DNA of 64,000 bases. It comes from a virus. Position 1 is the stretch's first letter. Each line of letters opens with the position of its first letter. The position numbers and the translations under genes were made by a program. This document shows positions 27,264 through 37,161 of this stretch, in pieces. Location of the stretch: IMG/VR virus record IMGVR_UViG_3300036852_000741, positions 1 to 64,000 of that record, one strand, 5' to 3'. The notes under the pieces were generated by a model. It searched no databases, was not told where the DNA came from, and saw nothing but the letters and a program-made list of their open reading frames with translations.

Positions 27264-28021
27264 GCTCTAGGTCCGTGAGGCTGAGGCACCCCGCCCCGCC
27301 GTGTCCCGATTCCTCCGGCAGGCCCTTCGGGTTGCTCGCCAGCTACTGCGGAGACTGCCGGCGGCACTGGCTCGACTCGCCCGACGCCCGGCGCCGTTGG
27401 CCGCGGTGCCCGTTCTGTGGGCAGCGCAAGGTGAAGAACGGGTGAGGACGGTGGTCAAGGTGCAGGTCGTCGGTGGGCCGCTGGACGGACTGGTGACGAC
27501 GATCGCCGATCCTCCGCCTGTCATTTTTCTCTGTCAGGCGACCGGGGTTGCCTATGTCGTGCCGGGCACGGGGCGCTGGATGTACATGGCTGAGGACGAC
27601 GAGGGGTGCATCAGGCGCTACGTCTGCGTCGAGCACACCCACGCCTGCTGTCTGGTCTGTGGTGCTGTTCGTGCGCGCGCGGCGTGCTGCGACGCGTGCC
27701 ACAGGCCGGTCGGTGCACGCGGGTGGGCATGATGGCCGGCCGAGCGGCGTTCGTGTACCGCGAGGACGGCGAGCCTGTTCTAAACGCCTACGCGCGGCGC
27801 ATCCACGCCAGGGCGCTGGCGGACGCCTTTTACCTCAGCGTCTGGCGCTCCATGGGTCCGCAGGCGGCGGGGCGCGCGACATGTGCACGCTTCGGCCATG
27901 ATGTGCGCGCCGGCCGTTGTGACAGGTGCGGGCTGGGTGTCGCTGCCGTGCGCGAGGAGCGCCTTCTGGGCAGGTAGCGGCCCAGTCTGGCTGGGTCTTG
28001 CGGTGGGGGTACGCTGTCGGC

Positions 28022-28552
28022 GTGGGCCTCACCAGCACGCAGCGGGCGAAGCGCAACGCTCAGGTCGTGCGCGACCGCCTGGAGGCCGAGCTTCCCTGGG
28101 AGGAGATAGCTAAGCGCAACGGCATCAACGCGCGGCACTGCCGGGAGGTGGTGCGGTCGTGGCTGGGGGAGGCGGGGCCGACCGCCGACGAGGACCCGAT
28201 CAAGGTCGTGGACGATCTTCTGCGCGGCTACTCCACCGACCTGTGGGAGTTGACGGAGGCCGCGAACGCCGCCTGGGATGAGCGCAACGTGGCGGCCGTG
28301 ATTGCTGCGGTGCGTTCGCGCATGGAGGTGCGCAACAAGGCGGTGGAGCTTCTCCAGGCCACCGGCCGACTTCCGAAGGACCTGGGCCGGCTGCGGGTCG
28401 AGGTGGATGTGCGCTGGCTCACCGAAGTCATCCTGGAAATCTTCGCCCGCCACCAGGTCCCGGCGGCAGCACGGCGCGAGCTAATGGAAGCGCTGCGGCC
28501 GAGCCAGCCGGAAAGCAACGGCCACGCGGTCGCGGAGCAGGAGGAGGAGTAG
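28022..28552 (+). CDS. probable terminase small subunit
   Basis: N-terminal HTH (WEEIAKRNG) and helical body; directly upstream of TerL; start uncertain. Confidence 0.6.
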   Translation: MGLTSTQRAKRNAQVVRDRLEAELPWEEIAKRNGINARHCREVVRSWLGEAGPTADEDPIKVVDDLLRGYSTDLWELTEAANAAWDERNVAAVIAAVRSRMEVRNKAVELLQATGRLPKDLGRLRVEVDVRWLTEVILEIFARHQVPAAARRELMEALRPSQPESNGHAVAEQEEE

Positions 28553-30325
28553 GTGTCCTCGGGGCGAGGGCTGGCGGTCTACCACCGGCGTCGGGTGGCC
28601 GCCGACGAGCCGGTGCTGCTGCTGTCGGAGGCGATGTACGAGCGCTTGCGCCTGGCCGACAGCGACGAGAGCGAGCGCCGCACTCCGTTTCTGGACTGGG
28701 CCCTGCGCATCCCCGAGCCCAAGACGGGCACGCTGGACTTCCAGCGCTTCCCGTTCCAGCGCGAGATGTACAAGGAGGGCGCCGACGCCCACGAGGTGGC
28801 CGTGATGAAAGCCACGCAGGTGGGCGTGTCGGCTTATCTCATTCGCTGGGCGATGTACTGGCCGGACATGAAGGGCCTCACCGCCCTCTACGTGTTCCCC
28901 AAGCGCGTGCAGCTTGGCGAGTTTTCACAGCAGCGCATCCGTCCGCTGATCCGCAACGGCGAGTACCTCCAGCGGCGGGTGCCGCGCGACCACATCGACA
29001 ACCTGTTTCAGAAGCAGATCGGGCTGGGGTTCGTGAACTTCCGCGGCTCGGAGGTCAAGGACGACCTGGACGCGGTGGACGCCGACGTGATCGCTTTCGA
29101 TGAATACGACCGGCTCAACCAGCAGAACATCGCCGACGCCGAGCACCGCGTGGACGCCTCGCCGCTGGGCCTGATCCGCCGGGTGGGCAACCCGACGATT
29201 GACGACTTCGGGATCGCCAGGGCGTACGAGCGCTCCGACAAGCGGCGCTGGCACGTCAAGTGTGGCTGCGGGGAGTGGCAGACGCTGGACTTCTACGAGA
29301 ACGTCATCTACGTCCCGCGCGAGCCCACCGAGACCAAGCCGCCGTACGTGGGCTGCCGGCGCTGCTGCCGGCCGCTGGACGTGCGCCAGGGCGCCTGGGT
29401 GGCCGAGCATCCAGGCCGCGACGTGCGCGGCTACCACATCACCCGGCTGATGGTGCCCGAGGTCAACCTGGCCCGGATCATCGCCAACTCCCAGATGCGC
29501 GAGCCCTACGCCGTGCAGACGTTCTTCAACAAGGACCTGGGGCTGCCCTACTCGCCGGCCGAGGGCCGGCTGTCGCTCCAGGCGCTGGCGGCGGCGCAGA
29601 GCGCTGGCGGCATGTACTGCACCGTACCGGGGCATGTGCGCGACGGCTCGCTGGTGACGATGGGGGTCGACGTGGCCAGCGTGCGCAACCTGAGCATTCG
29701 GATTAGCCGCCACCTGCCCTCCGCCGACGGGCGGACCCGCAAGCTCGCGTTGTGGATCGGGGAGGTCGATAGCTTCGATGAGGTGGTAACGCTGATGGAT
29801 CGCTACGCCGTGAACATGGCGGTCATCGACCACCTCCCCGAGTACCGGCTGGCCCAGGGCGTGGCCGAGCGCTTCCCCGGGCGGGTGTACCTGTGCAACT
29901 TCGCCACCCAGAACGACGTGCTCAAGGTCGACGCCGAGATGCGCCGGGCGAGTGTGCGCCGCGTCGAGGCGCTGGACGCCACCCTGGAGATGGTGCGTTC
30001 GCAGCGCAACCTGCTGCCGGCCGACTGGCCCGACAACTACGTCTCCCAGATGCGCGCACCGGTCCGCGTGGCCGAGAAGGATGAGGTGGGGCGTAAGGTG
30101 GTGCGCTACGTGAGCACGGGCCCAGATGACTTCGCCATGAGCGAGGTTTACGACCTGGTGGCCACCGAGTGTTGGCACATCCACACTGAGGTCGAGCAGG
30201 CTGCCGAGGAGCAACTGCGCCCCCTCGATTCGATGCTTGAGTTCACTCGCTCGGGCCTGGCTGACCCCGAGGACATTAGCTATCGCGCTGGCCCGGAGCG
30301 CGAGCCCGGCTTGGACGACGGCTAG
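28553..30325 (+). CDS. terL: terminase large subunit (lambda GpA-like)
   Basis: VMKATQVGVS, FDEYDR Walker B, GNPT, C.CGEWQ zinc motif, MGVD nuclease motif. Confidence 0.88.
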   Translation: MSSGRGLAVYHRRRVAADEPVLLLSEAMYERLRLADSDESERRTPFLDWALRIPEPKTGTLDFQRFPFQREMYKEGADAHEVAVMKATQVGVSAYLIRWAMYWPDMKGLTALYVFPKRVQLGEFSQQRIRPLIRNGEYLQRRVPRDHIDNLFQKQIGLGFVNFRGSEVKDDLDAVDADVIAFDEYDRLNQQNIADAEHRVDASPLGLIRRVGNPTIDDFGIARAYERSDKRRWHVKCGCGEWQTLDFYENVIYVPREPTETKPPYVGCRRCCRPLDVRQGAWVAEHPGRDVRGYHITRLMVPEVNLARIIANSQMREPYAVQTFFNKDLGLPYSPAEGRLSLQALAAAQSAGGMYCTVPGHVRDGSLVTMGVDVASVRNLSIRISRHLPSADGRTRKLALWIGEVDSFDEVVTLMDRYAVNMAVIDHLPEYRLAQGVAERFPGRVYLCNFATQNDVLKVDAEMRRASVRRVEALDATLEMVRSQRNLLPADWPDNYVSQMRAPVRVAEKDEVGRKVVRYVSTGPDDFAMSEVYDLVATECWHIHTEVEQAAEEQLRPLDSMLEFTRSGLADPEDISYRAGPEREPGLDDG

Positions 30326-30426
30326 TCGCCGTAGTCGCGCACTCGCAGGGCGCGCCAACGCATCCGGCGCTCCATCTCCTCGGGGTCGTAGTCGAACAGT
30401 GCGGACATTGCCCCGGAGGGCTCCTG

Positions 30427-30445
30427 TAGCTCACATCGTGTGCTA
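30427..30445 (+). promoter_or_regulatory. operator/promoter repeat
   Basis: TAGCTCACATCGTGTGCTA-TCAT. Confidence 0.8.
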
Positions 30446-30630
30446 TCATCCTGCCTGGTGCGGCGGTAACGCCGCGATCCCGACCAAGGAGGAGTGAGCG
30501 TCATGAGGGTGCAGGCTGTCGGCGGGACCCACGACTGGGTGGTGCTCGCGATCTGGATGGGCGCCGAGCGCGTCGTGTTCCGGGGCGACCTGTTTGCCTG
30601 CCTGGCGTTCGCGCGCGAGGGGGTGGCGTG

Positions 30631-30834
30631 ATGTGGAGCTTCCACAAGCCTGGCCCTGACGGGTGGCGCCGGAGTCTCGGCTACCGCACGCGGCGCACTC
30701 AGTACGGCAACTACGAGCTACAGCGGTGGACTGGTGCCCCCGATTGGGAGCACATCGGCTTCGCTCGGACCTACGGTCAGGTGCGTGCGATGGCCAGCGG
30801 GGACGCCGCGAGGCGCGAGGCTGGCCGCCGATAG
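30631..30834 (+). CDS. hypothetical protein
   Basis: Ends at the TAG of the next repeat. Confidence 0.5.
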   Translation: MWSFHKPGPDGWRRSLGYRTRRTQYGNYELQRWTGAPDWEHIGFARTYGQVRAMASGDAARREAGRR

Positions 30835-30850
30835 CTCACGATGTGTGCTA
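30832..30850 (+). promoter_or_regulatory. operator/promoter repeat
   Basis: TAGCTCACGATGTGTGCTA-CCAT. Confidence 0.8.
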
Positions 30851-30899
30851 CCATGTAGGTGGGTCGAGAGACCCGAGTTCCCGACCAAGGAGGGGCGCG

Positions 30900-31217
30900 A
30901 TGAGCGCGAAGAAGAAGGCGGTCTACCGGCTGGAGCCGGCGGGCCTCATGGACAGGACGAGCGCGCGGGTCATGGCTCACGCGGGCGCCGAGGTCCAGAT
31001 GGTTCAGCCGCACGGCTGTCCGAAGAACGGAGCGATGGGCATGGTCTACGTCCAGGTGGCGGAGACCGGCGAGTTCATCGGCCTGGTCATGAAGACCTCG
31101 CTGGTCAAGACCGGCAAGACCGCGGTCGTCCGCGACCTGGCAGCCGAGGCGCGCGAGGCGTGCAGCGCGAAGCTGCGGCGCCCCTCGCCCTTCACGGTGA
31201 TCGGGGGGAGCTTCTGA
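30900..31217 (+). CDS. hypothetical protein
   Basis: Repeat RBS; QPHGCP..FIGLV. Confidence 0.65.
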   Translation: MSAKKKAVYRLEPAGLMDRTSARVMAHAGAEVQMVQPHGCPKNGAMGMVYVQVAETGEFIGLVMKTSLVKTGKTAVVRDLAAEAREACSAKLRRPSPFTVIGGSF

Positions 31218-31438
31218 TGACGGACCGCGAACTGATGGACCTGTACCCGGATGGCCGTACGTACTACGACGAGACCGACGACCCGGCCGGGTTCATGGCG
31301 GCGTGCCATTCGCTCGACCTGTCGGTTGCGGTGAACCACCCGCCTGCGAGCACGGGGCTGGAGCCGTACGCGACGGTCTACGTTCCGCCGAAGAAGCTCG
31401 GAGACTTCGAGCGGCTCGGGCTGCGGGTGGGGACGTGA
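31217..31438 (+). CDS. hypothetical protein
   Basis: Coupled ORF. Confidence 0.55.
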   Translation: MTDRELMDLYPDGRTYYDETDDPAGFMAACHSLDLSVAVNHPPASTGLEPYATVYVPPKKLGDFERLGLRVGT

Positions 31439-31622
31439 GCACGCTCAAGCACGCCACGCCGAAGGGCGGGATTGCCACCAGGCGCACCGAGCACGACTAC
31501 CTGTACGTGCGGCTCAACGACCGCGGAGACCAGGTGCTCTCCTGGCACAAGACGTACGAGGCGGCACGCCGGGCGGCGGGACGCTTCGACCACGTTGAGG
31601 CAATCAACGGAGGGGAGAGGCG

Positions 31623-31844
31623 GTGATCGACCTGACGACACGTCGCAGGGGCGAGGTCGTGCGGGCGCAGCGGGCGTTCGCGGCGCACGCCAACCGGGAC
31701 GCTTTCGGCCACATCAAGCTCAAGCGCGAGTGCGCCGCGGGCAACCCCTACGTGCTGGCCAGGCTGGCGCGCATGGGGCTGGAGTACCACGACGGAGCAA
31801 TCACGACGACGTACCAGGAATCAATCACGACGGAGGAGTTCTAA
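31623..31844 (+). CDS. hypothetical protein
   Basis: Coupled ORF. Confidence 0.5.
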   Translation: MIDLTTRRRGEVVRAQRAFAAHANRDAFGHIKLKRECAAGNPYVLARLARMGLEYHDGAITTTYQESITTEEF

Positions 31845-32258
31845 ATGGGCCTGACCGCAGACATCTTCAAGGCCGGAGGCCGCAGCTTCTCCAACGGCGG
31901 CATCTCCGACCACTGCGACGAGGTGACGATCGTCAACATCCCGGGGCCGTTCGAGCCCACGCCGGAGCGCCCGGCGGTGCTGCTGGTCATGGGCAACCTG
32001 CCCGGCACCGTCAAGATCATCCCGGCCGCCGACATCAGCGGTCAGCCCGGCGCCGCGGTCGAGTACCACGGCAAGTGGGCGCCGCTGATCCCGGACGGCA
32101 AGCTGGGTCCGATGATGGGCGGCTGCTACGTCGCTACGTCCGACAGCCGGCTGGGCGAGGCGATCGCGAAGCTGCTGGGCACGCGGTTTGCGCCGGGCAT
32201 TGCGCCCCTCCATGACAGGACCGAATCCCAGGCCGAGTACGACGCGCTCTCGGTATGA
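31845..32258 (+). CDS. hypothetical phage protein
   Basis: SNGGIS..MMGG.Y..TSDSR..LHDR.E; GGAGGAG RBS. Confidence 0.7.
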   Translation: MGLTADIFKAGGRSFSNGGISDHCDEVTIVNIPGPFEPTPERPAVLLVMGNLPGTVKIIPAADISGQPGAAVEYHGKWAPLIPDGKLGPMMGGCYVATSDSRLGEAIAKLLGTRFAPGIAPLHDRTESQAEYDALSV

Positions 32259-32491
32259 GCGGGCGGGAGGGGCTGGGCGCCCTGATGGATCAGCGGATGC
32301 AGTGGCTGCGCGTTGCCGCCGTCGAGAACGAGTACGGCACGTGGGACGTGGTGCTCCGGCTCGACGGCTCCTACGCCGAGGCGGGCGACGCCGAGGGGAT
32401 GCTCACCTACTGGCGCGACCAGGTGATGGCCGCGCTCGATGCGGACGGCCTGGATGTCCGGCGACTTCTGCGGGGAGACTGGACCCAGTAG
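32255..32491 (+). CDS. hypothetical protein
   Basis: Ends at the TAG of the repeat. Confidence 0.55.
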   Translation: MSGREGLGALMDQRMQWLRVAAVENEYGTWDVVLRLDGSYAEAGDAEGMLTYWRDQVMAALDADGLDVRRLLRGDWTQ

Positions 32492-32507
32492 CTCACGATG
32501 TGTGCTA
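32489..32507 (+). promoter_or_regulatory. operator/promoter repeat
   Basis: TAGCTCACGATGTGTGCTA-CCAT. Confidence 0.8.
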
Positions 32508-32727
32508 CCATTGGGGTGCGGTCAGAGGGCCGCGACCCGACCAAGGAGGCCGTGATGGACAGGGCGAGGCAGTGGGCACGGGCGCTCAGCGCGCATCTTT
32601 CCCACACCGAGAACTGCACGAGCGCCGCGGCGATCATGGGCGGCGACCTCGCGCACGCGGCCAGCGACTGCCGCAAGTGCGAGGAGACGGCGGGCTACTG
32701 GCGCCGCTACTACGCGAAGGCGGCGGC

Positions 32728-33609
32728 ATGAGCCGGCTCGACTACGAGGCGATCGCCGCTCTCGACCTGACCGCGATGACTGCGGCCGAGATAGACGCGG
32801 CCTGGGAGCCGCTGATGGCTGAGGCGCAGTCGCAGCGTGCGGCGGCGACCCGGTTGCAGGCCACCTACAACGAGGCGGAGCGCCGAGGTCTGGAGTACAC
32901 GTACGCCAGCTACCCCGCGGCGGTCGCCCAGGCGCGTGACCGCGCCGAGCGGGCGGAGGCGGCGATGGGGCCCTTCAACGCGGAGTGGGAGCGCCGCGGC
33001 GGCTGGGAGCGCGTTTTCCTGGTCCAGAACCACGACGGCCACTACCACCGCACCACGGCGTGCACGACGTGTTTCGCGACGACGACGTTCGCCTGGGTTC
33101 CCGCGCTCTCGGACAAGTCCGAGGACGAGGTGATCGCCACGGTCGGCTGCATGGCCTGCACGGTCTGCTGGCCGGCGGCTCCCCGCCACCCCAAGTTCGT
33201 GGCGATGGAGGCCGAGCGCGCCGCGGCGGCGAAGGCGAAGGTCGAGGGCGAGTGCGAGGGCTCGGGCCAGGTCGCCGAGAACCTCCAGATGTCCTACGCC
33301 AGCCCCCGCGGGCGCTGCGCGGCGTGCGGACGCACCGTGTCGGTGACCAAGACCGGCAAGGCGCGAGCGCACAAGACGCGCGAGCAGGAGCGCATTGAGG
33401 AGCAGCGCAAGCGTGGCGAGAAGGAGCTACGCAACCTGGGGCGCATCCAGACGCTGGCGGGCAAGGTGGACGCGGCGCTGGACCTGCTCGACGGGGCCGA
33501 CGCTCTCCAGGCGATCCGGCGAGCGTGGCTGGACGAGCGGATCACCACAAACGTGCGTGAGGTCCTGGAGTCGCTGCTCAAGGAACGGCTCCAGGGGGTG
33601 GGGCGGTGA
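32728..33609 (+). CDS. zinc-binding phage protein
   Basis: GWERVFLV..GHYH...CTTC..ACTVCWP, CEGSG..CAACG. Confidence 0.7.
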   Translation: MSRLDYEAIAALDLTAMTAAEIDAAWEPLMAEAQSQRAAATRLQATYNEAERRGLEYTYASYPAAVAQARDRAERAEAAMGPFNAEWERRGGWERVFLVQNHDGHYHRTTACTTCFATTTFAWVPALSDKSEDEVIATVGCMACTVCWPAAPRHPKFVAMEAERAAAAKAKVEGECEGSGQVAENLQMSYASPRGRCAACGRTVSVTKTGKARAHKTREQERIEEQRKRGEKELRNLGRIQTLAGKVDAALDLLDGADALQAIRRAWLDERITTNVREVLESLLKERLQGVGR

Positions 33610-34198
33610 GCCGCGTCGAGGAGGCGGTCGCGCTGGAGATGGCCAAGCTCGCCCGGGGCGCAGACCAACATCGACGTGGCGGTGGCCGACGGGCGCATCA
33701 GCGAGCACGATGGCGAGGAGCGCAAGGCGCGCGCTGAGCAGTGGACGCTCAACCGAATTGCGTTCATCGAGGGGGCGCCGCGGCCCAGGCAGCGCGAGCA
33801 GCAGCCGCTGGACGATCCGAACGCGGGGGCGGTCGGATGAGGGGCTGGCGCGAGCTTCAACCGGGAGACCGTGTGGTTAGCGTCGCTGGCGCGACCGGCA
33901 CGGTCGTCCGGGTCAGCGTGCCCAAGCGCGGTCAGTCCAAGGGGCTGGCCTGGGTGCGCGTGCGCTGGGACAACGGGGCGGAGGGACGAGTGTCGCCGCC
34001 GACGATCGGGGGTCGGGCGTGAAGACCGCGACGTACGTGATCGACTACGCGGCGAAGGGGCAGCCGGGCGTGCAGCCGCGAAGGCTCCACCGCCTGGACT
34101 GCCCCCACTTCTATCCGGGCACGCCGACGAGGCCGGCGACGCCGTTGGAGCGCCAGGCGCTGCCGACGTGCTTCGACTGCGCGATCAACGCCTGGCGG

Positions 34199-34217
34199 TA
34201 GCTCACATCGTGTGCTA
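34199..34217 (+). promoter_or_regulatory. operator/promoter repeat
   Basis: TAGCTCACATCGTGTGCTA-CACT. Confidence 0.8.
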
Positions 34218-34269
34218 CACTGGGTGTGGCCTACAACGTTTGCGGGCCACACACCGAGGGGGAGGACCA

Positions 34270-35178
34270 ATGCCACGAACCATCAGGGCGCTGCTCGTAG
34301 GCGCCTTCTTACTGGCGCTCTGCGGAACCGCGCAGGCCGCCACCATCAGCTACCACACCGACGACGGGGCGGTCAGCACAGACTGCTCCACGCGACACTG
34401 CGTGCCTGCCGGAGTGGCCGTCCACTTCGAGGTGGCCACCACTGCCTCCGATGATCGGATCACCTGGGATGCCGGTACCGGGTTGACCGGGGTCGGCCGC
34501 ACGGTGGACTTCACCTTCCAGCCGGGGCAGTACCGGGTGGCGGTGAGGATTGCCAGTAGCTCGGGGGGGATGCCTCCTGACACTGGGGTCATCTACCTGG
34601 ACGCGCTGGCACCGCCGCCGCCCCCACCGCCGCCCGCTGAGCCGGTTGCAGAGGCGCCATCGGCAGCGCAGCCGACACCGTGCCAGGAGGTGCACCCGGC
34701 CATCTCGATCAACGGCGGGGCGTTGTTCACCAACACCCTGGCGGTGACGATCGCGGTCCAGAAGGAGTGCGCGGACACCACGACCGTGCTCTCCAACGAC
34801 GGCGGGTTCGCCCAGGCATCCCCGTTCACGGACGCAGCCATCCCGTGGACGCTCAGCGAGGTGGGCCCGGCAGACAGCGTGAGCAGGACGGTCTACGCGC
34901 GCGTCGGCCCCTTCCAGGTCACCGACGACATCATCCTGGACAACGTGGCCCCGCAGCCCACGTCGGCCACCACCGACACGGGGACGGCGAACGCCGCGAG
35001 CATCGGGCGGCTGAGCCGGACCTTCCGCAAGGGGCACCTGCGGATCAGGGTGCGCGACAACGCCTCGGGTCCCAGGAGCGTCCGGGTCCGTCACGCCAGG
35101 CACGGGGTGCGCGTGCAGGCGGTGGACTACGCCGGCAACGTGAGCCGGTGGAAGCTGCTGCGCGTCAAGCGCAGGTAG
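34270..35178 (+). CDS. secreted PKD/Ig-like domain protein
   Basis: Signal peptide (AQAA), ITWD.G..FQPGQY.V PKD-like region, Pro linker, ISINGGA.FTN, AVDYAGN. Confidence 0.7.
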   Translation: MPRTIRALLVGAFLLALCGTAQAATISYHTDDGAVSTDCSTRHCVPAGVAVHFEVATTASDDRITWDAGTGLTGVGRTVDFTFQPGQYRVAVRIASSSGGMPPDTGVIYLDALAPPPPPPPPAEPVAEAPSAAQPTPCQEVHPAISINGGALFTNTLAVTIAVQKECADTTTVLSNDGGFAQASPFTDAAIPWTLSEVGPADSVSRTVYARVGPFQVTDDIILDNVAPQPTSATTDTGTANAASIGRLSRTFRKGHLRIRVRDNASGPRSVRVRHARHGVRVQAVDYAGNVSRWKLLRVKRR

Positions 35179-35206
35179 CTCGCGCTGGGGGGGCGTGAGC
35201 TAGGGC

Positions 35207-35238
35207 GAGGGGCCGTCTTCGGGCGGCCCTTTTCTCTT
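35207..35238 (+). terminator. intrinsic terminator
   Basis: GGGCCGTC-TTCG-GGCGGCCC then TTTTCTCTT. Confidence 0.75.
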
Positions 35239-35267
35239 GGCCGACCCGCCGCGCCCAGCCCTTGCGA

Positions 35268-35286
35268 TAGCTCACATCGTGTGCTA
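35268..35286 (+). promoter_or_regulatory. operator/promoter repeat
   Basis: TAGCTCACATCGTGTGCTA-CCGT. Confidence 0.8.
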
Positions 35287-35337
35287 CCGTCTCTGCACGG
35301 TCCAATTCGGATCGTATCCCGACCAAGGAGTAATCCC

Positions 35338-35676
35338 ATGGAAGCAACCACCCACGAGGCGCCTGCTGCGCCGCAGCAGGTCATCCATGTCACGACCGTC
35401 GGCAAGCAGACGAGCGGCATGGCCATCACCGGGTTCATCCTGAGCCTGGTGGGCATCTCGGCGCTCGGCGTGATCTTCAGCGCCATCGCCCTGCCCAAGA
35501 CCAAGACCGAGATGGGCGGGCGGGGCCTGGCTATCGCCGGGCTCGTCCTCGGCATCCTCGGCAGCATCGGCTGGGTCCTGATGCTGGCGGGCGCCTTCGC
35601 GGGCGCGGAGGCCCTGGACTCCTACAGCAGGTGCATGGATGCCGCCCAGACCCTGAGCGAGATGGGCGCGTGCTGA
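35338..35676 (+). CDS. DUF4190-like membrane protein
   Basis: TSGMAITGFILSL..GRGLAIAGLVLG. Confidence 0.75.
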   Translation: MEATTHEAPAAPQQVIHVTTVGKQTSGMAITGFILSLVGISALGVIFSAIALPKTKTEMGGRGLAIAGLVLGILGSIGWVLMLAGAFAGAEALDSYSRCMDAAQTLSEMGAC

Positions 35677-35927
35677 TGGCCGAGGAGAGGCTGCTGCTGG
35701 GCCTCGTCGTGATGGTGCTCGCGGTCGTGTTCGCGGTACTCATGGCCGGTGCGGTCACTGAGGACGTGCGCCACGTTCGCGAGACGCTCGCGGCGGCTGG
35801 ACTGCTCTAGCCGGCTGGCTGTGCGGGGCGCCTTCTGGGCGCCCCCGACGCGAGCGCTCGCCTGATCGGCGGGCGCTGGCGCCGGGTCGCGTGGCTCGGA
35901 ACCATCACCTCGAAGGGGGACACTCAC

Positions 35928-36422
35928 ATGCAGTTCAAGCAGATCATGGTGCTGGCCGCAGTAGCCAGCATCGCCGGGACCGGCACGGCTGTTGCCGGCT
36001 CGGCCTACGTCACGGGGCGCGACATCAAGAACGGCACCGTGACGGGCAGGGACATCAAGGATCGCTCACTCAGCCCGCGCGATTTCAACGGTTCCGTCCA
36101 GGGACCGCAGGGAGCCCAGGGAGTCCAGGGAGCCCAGGGAGCCCAGGGACCGGCGGGGGCCGCAGGTTCCCAGGGTCCGGCGGGCAGCTTCTCGGACATC
36201 CAGCGCATCACGCAGACGCAGAGCGTGGCGCCCGGCCAGGCGGTCACCATCGTCGCCCAGTGCTCCGCCGGATACAAGGTCGTTGGCGGCGGCTTCTACA
36301 GCGCCAACATCACCTTCGCCAGCGACTCGTTTGGCACCACGACGGCGTGGAAGGTGATCGCTGGCAACCCGAGCAGCACCACCAGCTACGACGCGACCGC
36401 TATCGCGTACTGCGTCCGATGA
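35928..36422 (+). CDS. secreted collagen-repeat protein
   Basis: Signal peptide, VTGRDIK twice, G-x-Q repeats, C..GYKVVGGG..AYC. Confidence 0.7.
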   Translation: MQFKQIMVLAAVASIAGTGTAVAGSAYVTGRDIKNGTVTGRDIKDRSLSPRDFNGSVQGPQGAQGVQGAQGAQGPAGAAGSQGPAGSFSDIQRITQTQSVAPGQAVTIVAQCSAGYKVVGGGFYSANITFASDSFGTTTAWKVIAGNPSSTTSYDATAIAYCVR

Positions 36423-36610
36423 GGCGCCCGGCGATGACTCGGGCGGTCCTCGCGAGCATGGCTGTGGTCCTGCTCGCGACGGGCCTCGCCCTTCCCGAGA
36501 GCGGCGGCAAGATGAAGCCGCTGCTTGAGAGGCACGGCAACATCGGGGCCATCGGATGCGTCCACTTGGCGCCCGACCATGCCGGACCCACGTGGCCGAG
36601 ATGTCCTTGA
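36419..36610 (+). CDS. small secreted peptide precursor A
   Basis: Signal peptide then PESGGKMKPL; duplicated leader. Confidence 0.5.
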   Translation: MRRPAMTRAVLASMAVVLLATGLALPESGGKMKPLLERHGNIGAIGCVHLAPDHAGPTWPRCP

Positions 36611-36873
36611 GGCGCCGGGCGATGACACTGGCGGTCCTCGTGAGCATGGCCGTGACCATGCTTGCGACGGCGGTGGCGGTGCCCGAGGACGGCGGCAAGA
36701 TGAAGCCGCTGTTTGAGGCGCAGCGCGCGTACGAGCGTTGCGTGCAGATCGGCGTGACGATCCCCGGTAGCAGTCAGCGCTGGAACGCGACGCCGGAGTG
36801 TCGAGCGGCGGCACTCAGCGACCTGGCAGGCCGGCGCGCGACGCGGGACTTCCTGCGCAAGATCACTCAGTAG
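36601..36873 (+). CDS. small secreted peptide precursor B
   Basis: Signal peptide then PEDGGKMKPL; duplicated leader. Confidence 0.55.
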   Translation: MSLRRRAMTLAVLVSMAVTMLATAVAVPEDGGKMKPLFEAQRAYERCVQIGVTIPGSSQRWNATPECRAAALSDLAGRRATRDFLRKITQ

Positions 36874-36920
36874 GAGCCCCGGCGCCTCCCTTGTCGCAAG
36901 GCTTGGGGGGCGCCGTGCGT

Positions 36921-36939
36921 TGGCTCACGATGTGTGTTA
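36921..36939 (+). promoter_or_regulatory. operator/promoter repeat
   Basis: TGGCTCACGATGTGTGTTA-GCCT. Confidence 0.7.
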
Positions 36940-36966
36940 GCCTTGGGGCCCGACCAGGAGGACAGA

Positions 36967-37161
36967 ATGCTCTACAACGGCACCGCTACCGACGTGCTGA
37001 CCAAGCGCCCGGTCTGCGACATGTGCGGCAACCGACCGGCGGCGATCGACGGCAAGGTCAAGTACGCCACCGCCTGGGCGTACATGTGCATCCCGTGCTG
37101 GGAGCAGCACGGCGTCGGGCTTGGCGTCGGGCTCGGCCAGCGACTGCTGATCGACCCATGA
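36967..37161 (+). CDS. small zinc-binding phage protein
   Basis: CDMC..DGK..WAYMC..C..G.GLG.G.GQ. Confidence 0.7.
   Translation: MLYNGTATDVLTKRPVCDMCGNRPAAIDGKVKYATAWAYMCIPCWEQHGVGLGVGLGQRLLIDP

Noticed and set aside
28925-30358. Long antisense ORFs (also at 47754, 57027, 61343 and elsewhere)
   Set aside because: Shadow ORFs from high-GC codon bias opposite well-supported genes.
36100-36185. CAGGGAGCC-type tandem repeats as a regulatory or guide array
   Set aside because: 9-nt period explained by collagen G-x-Q coding.
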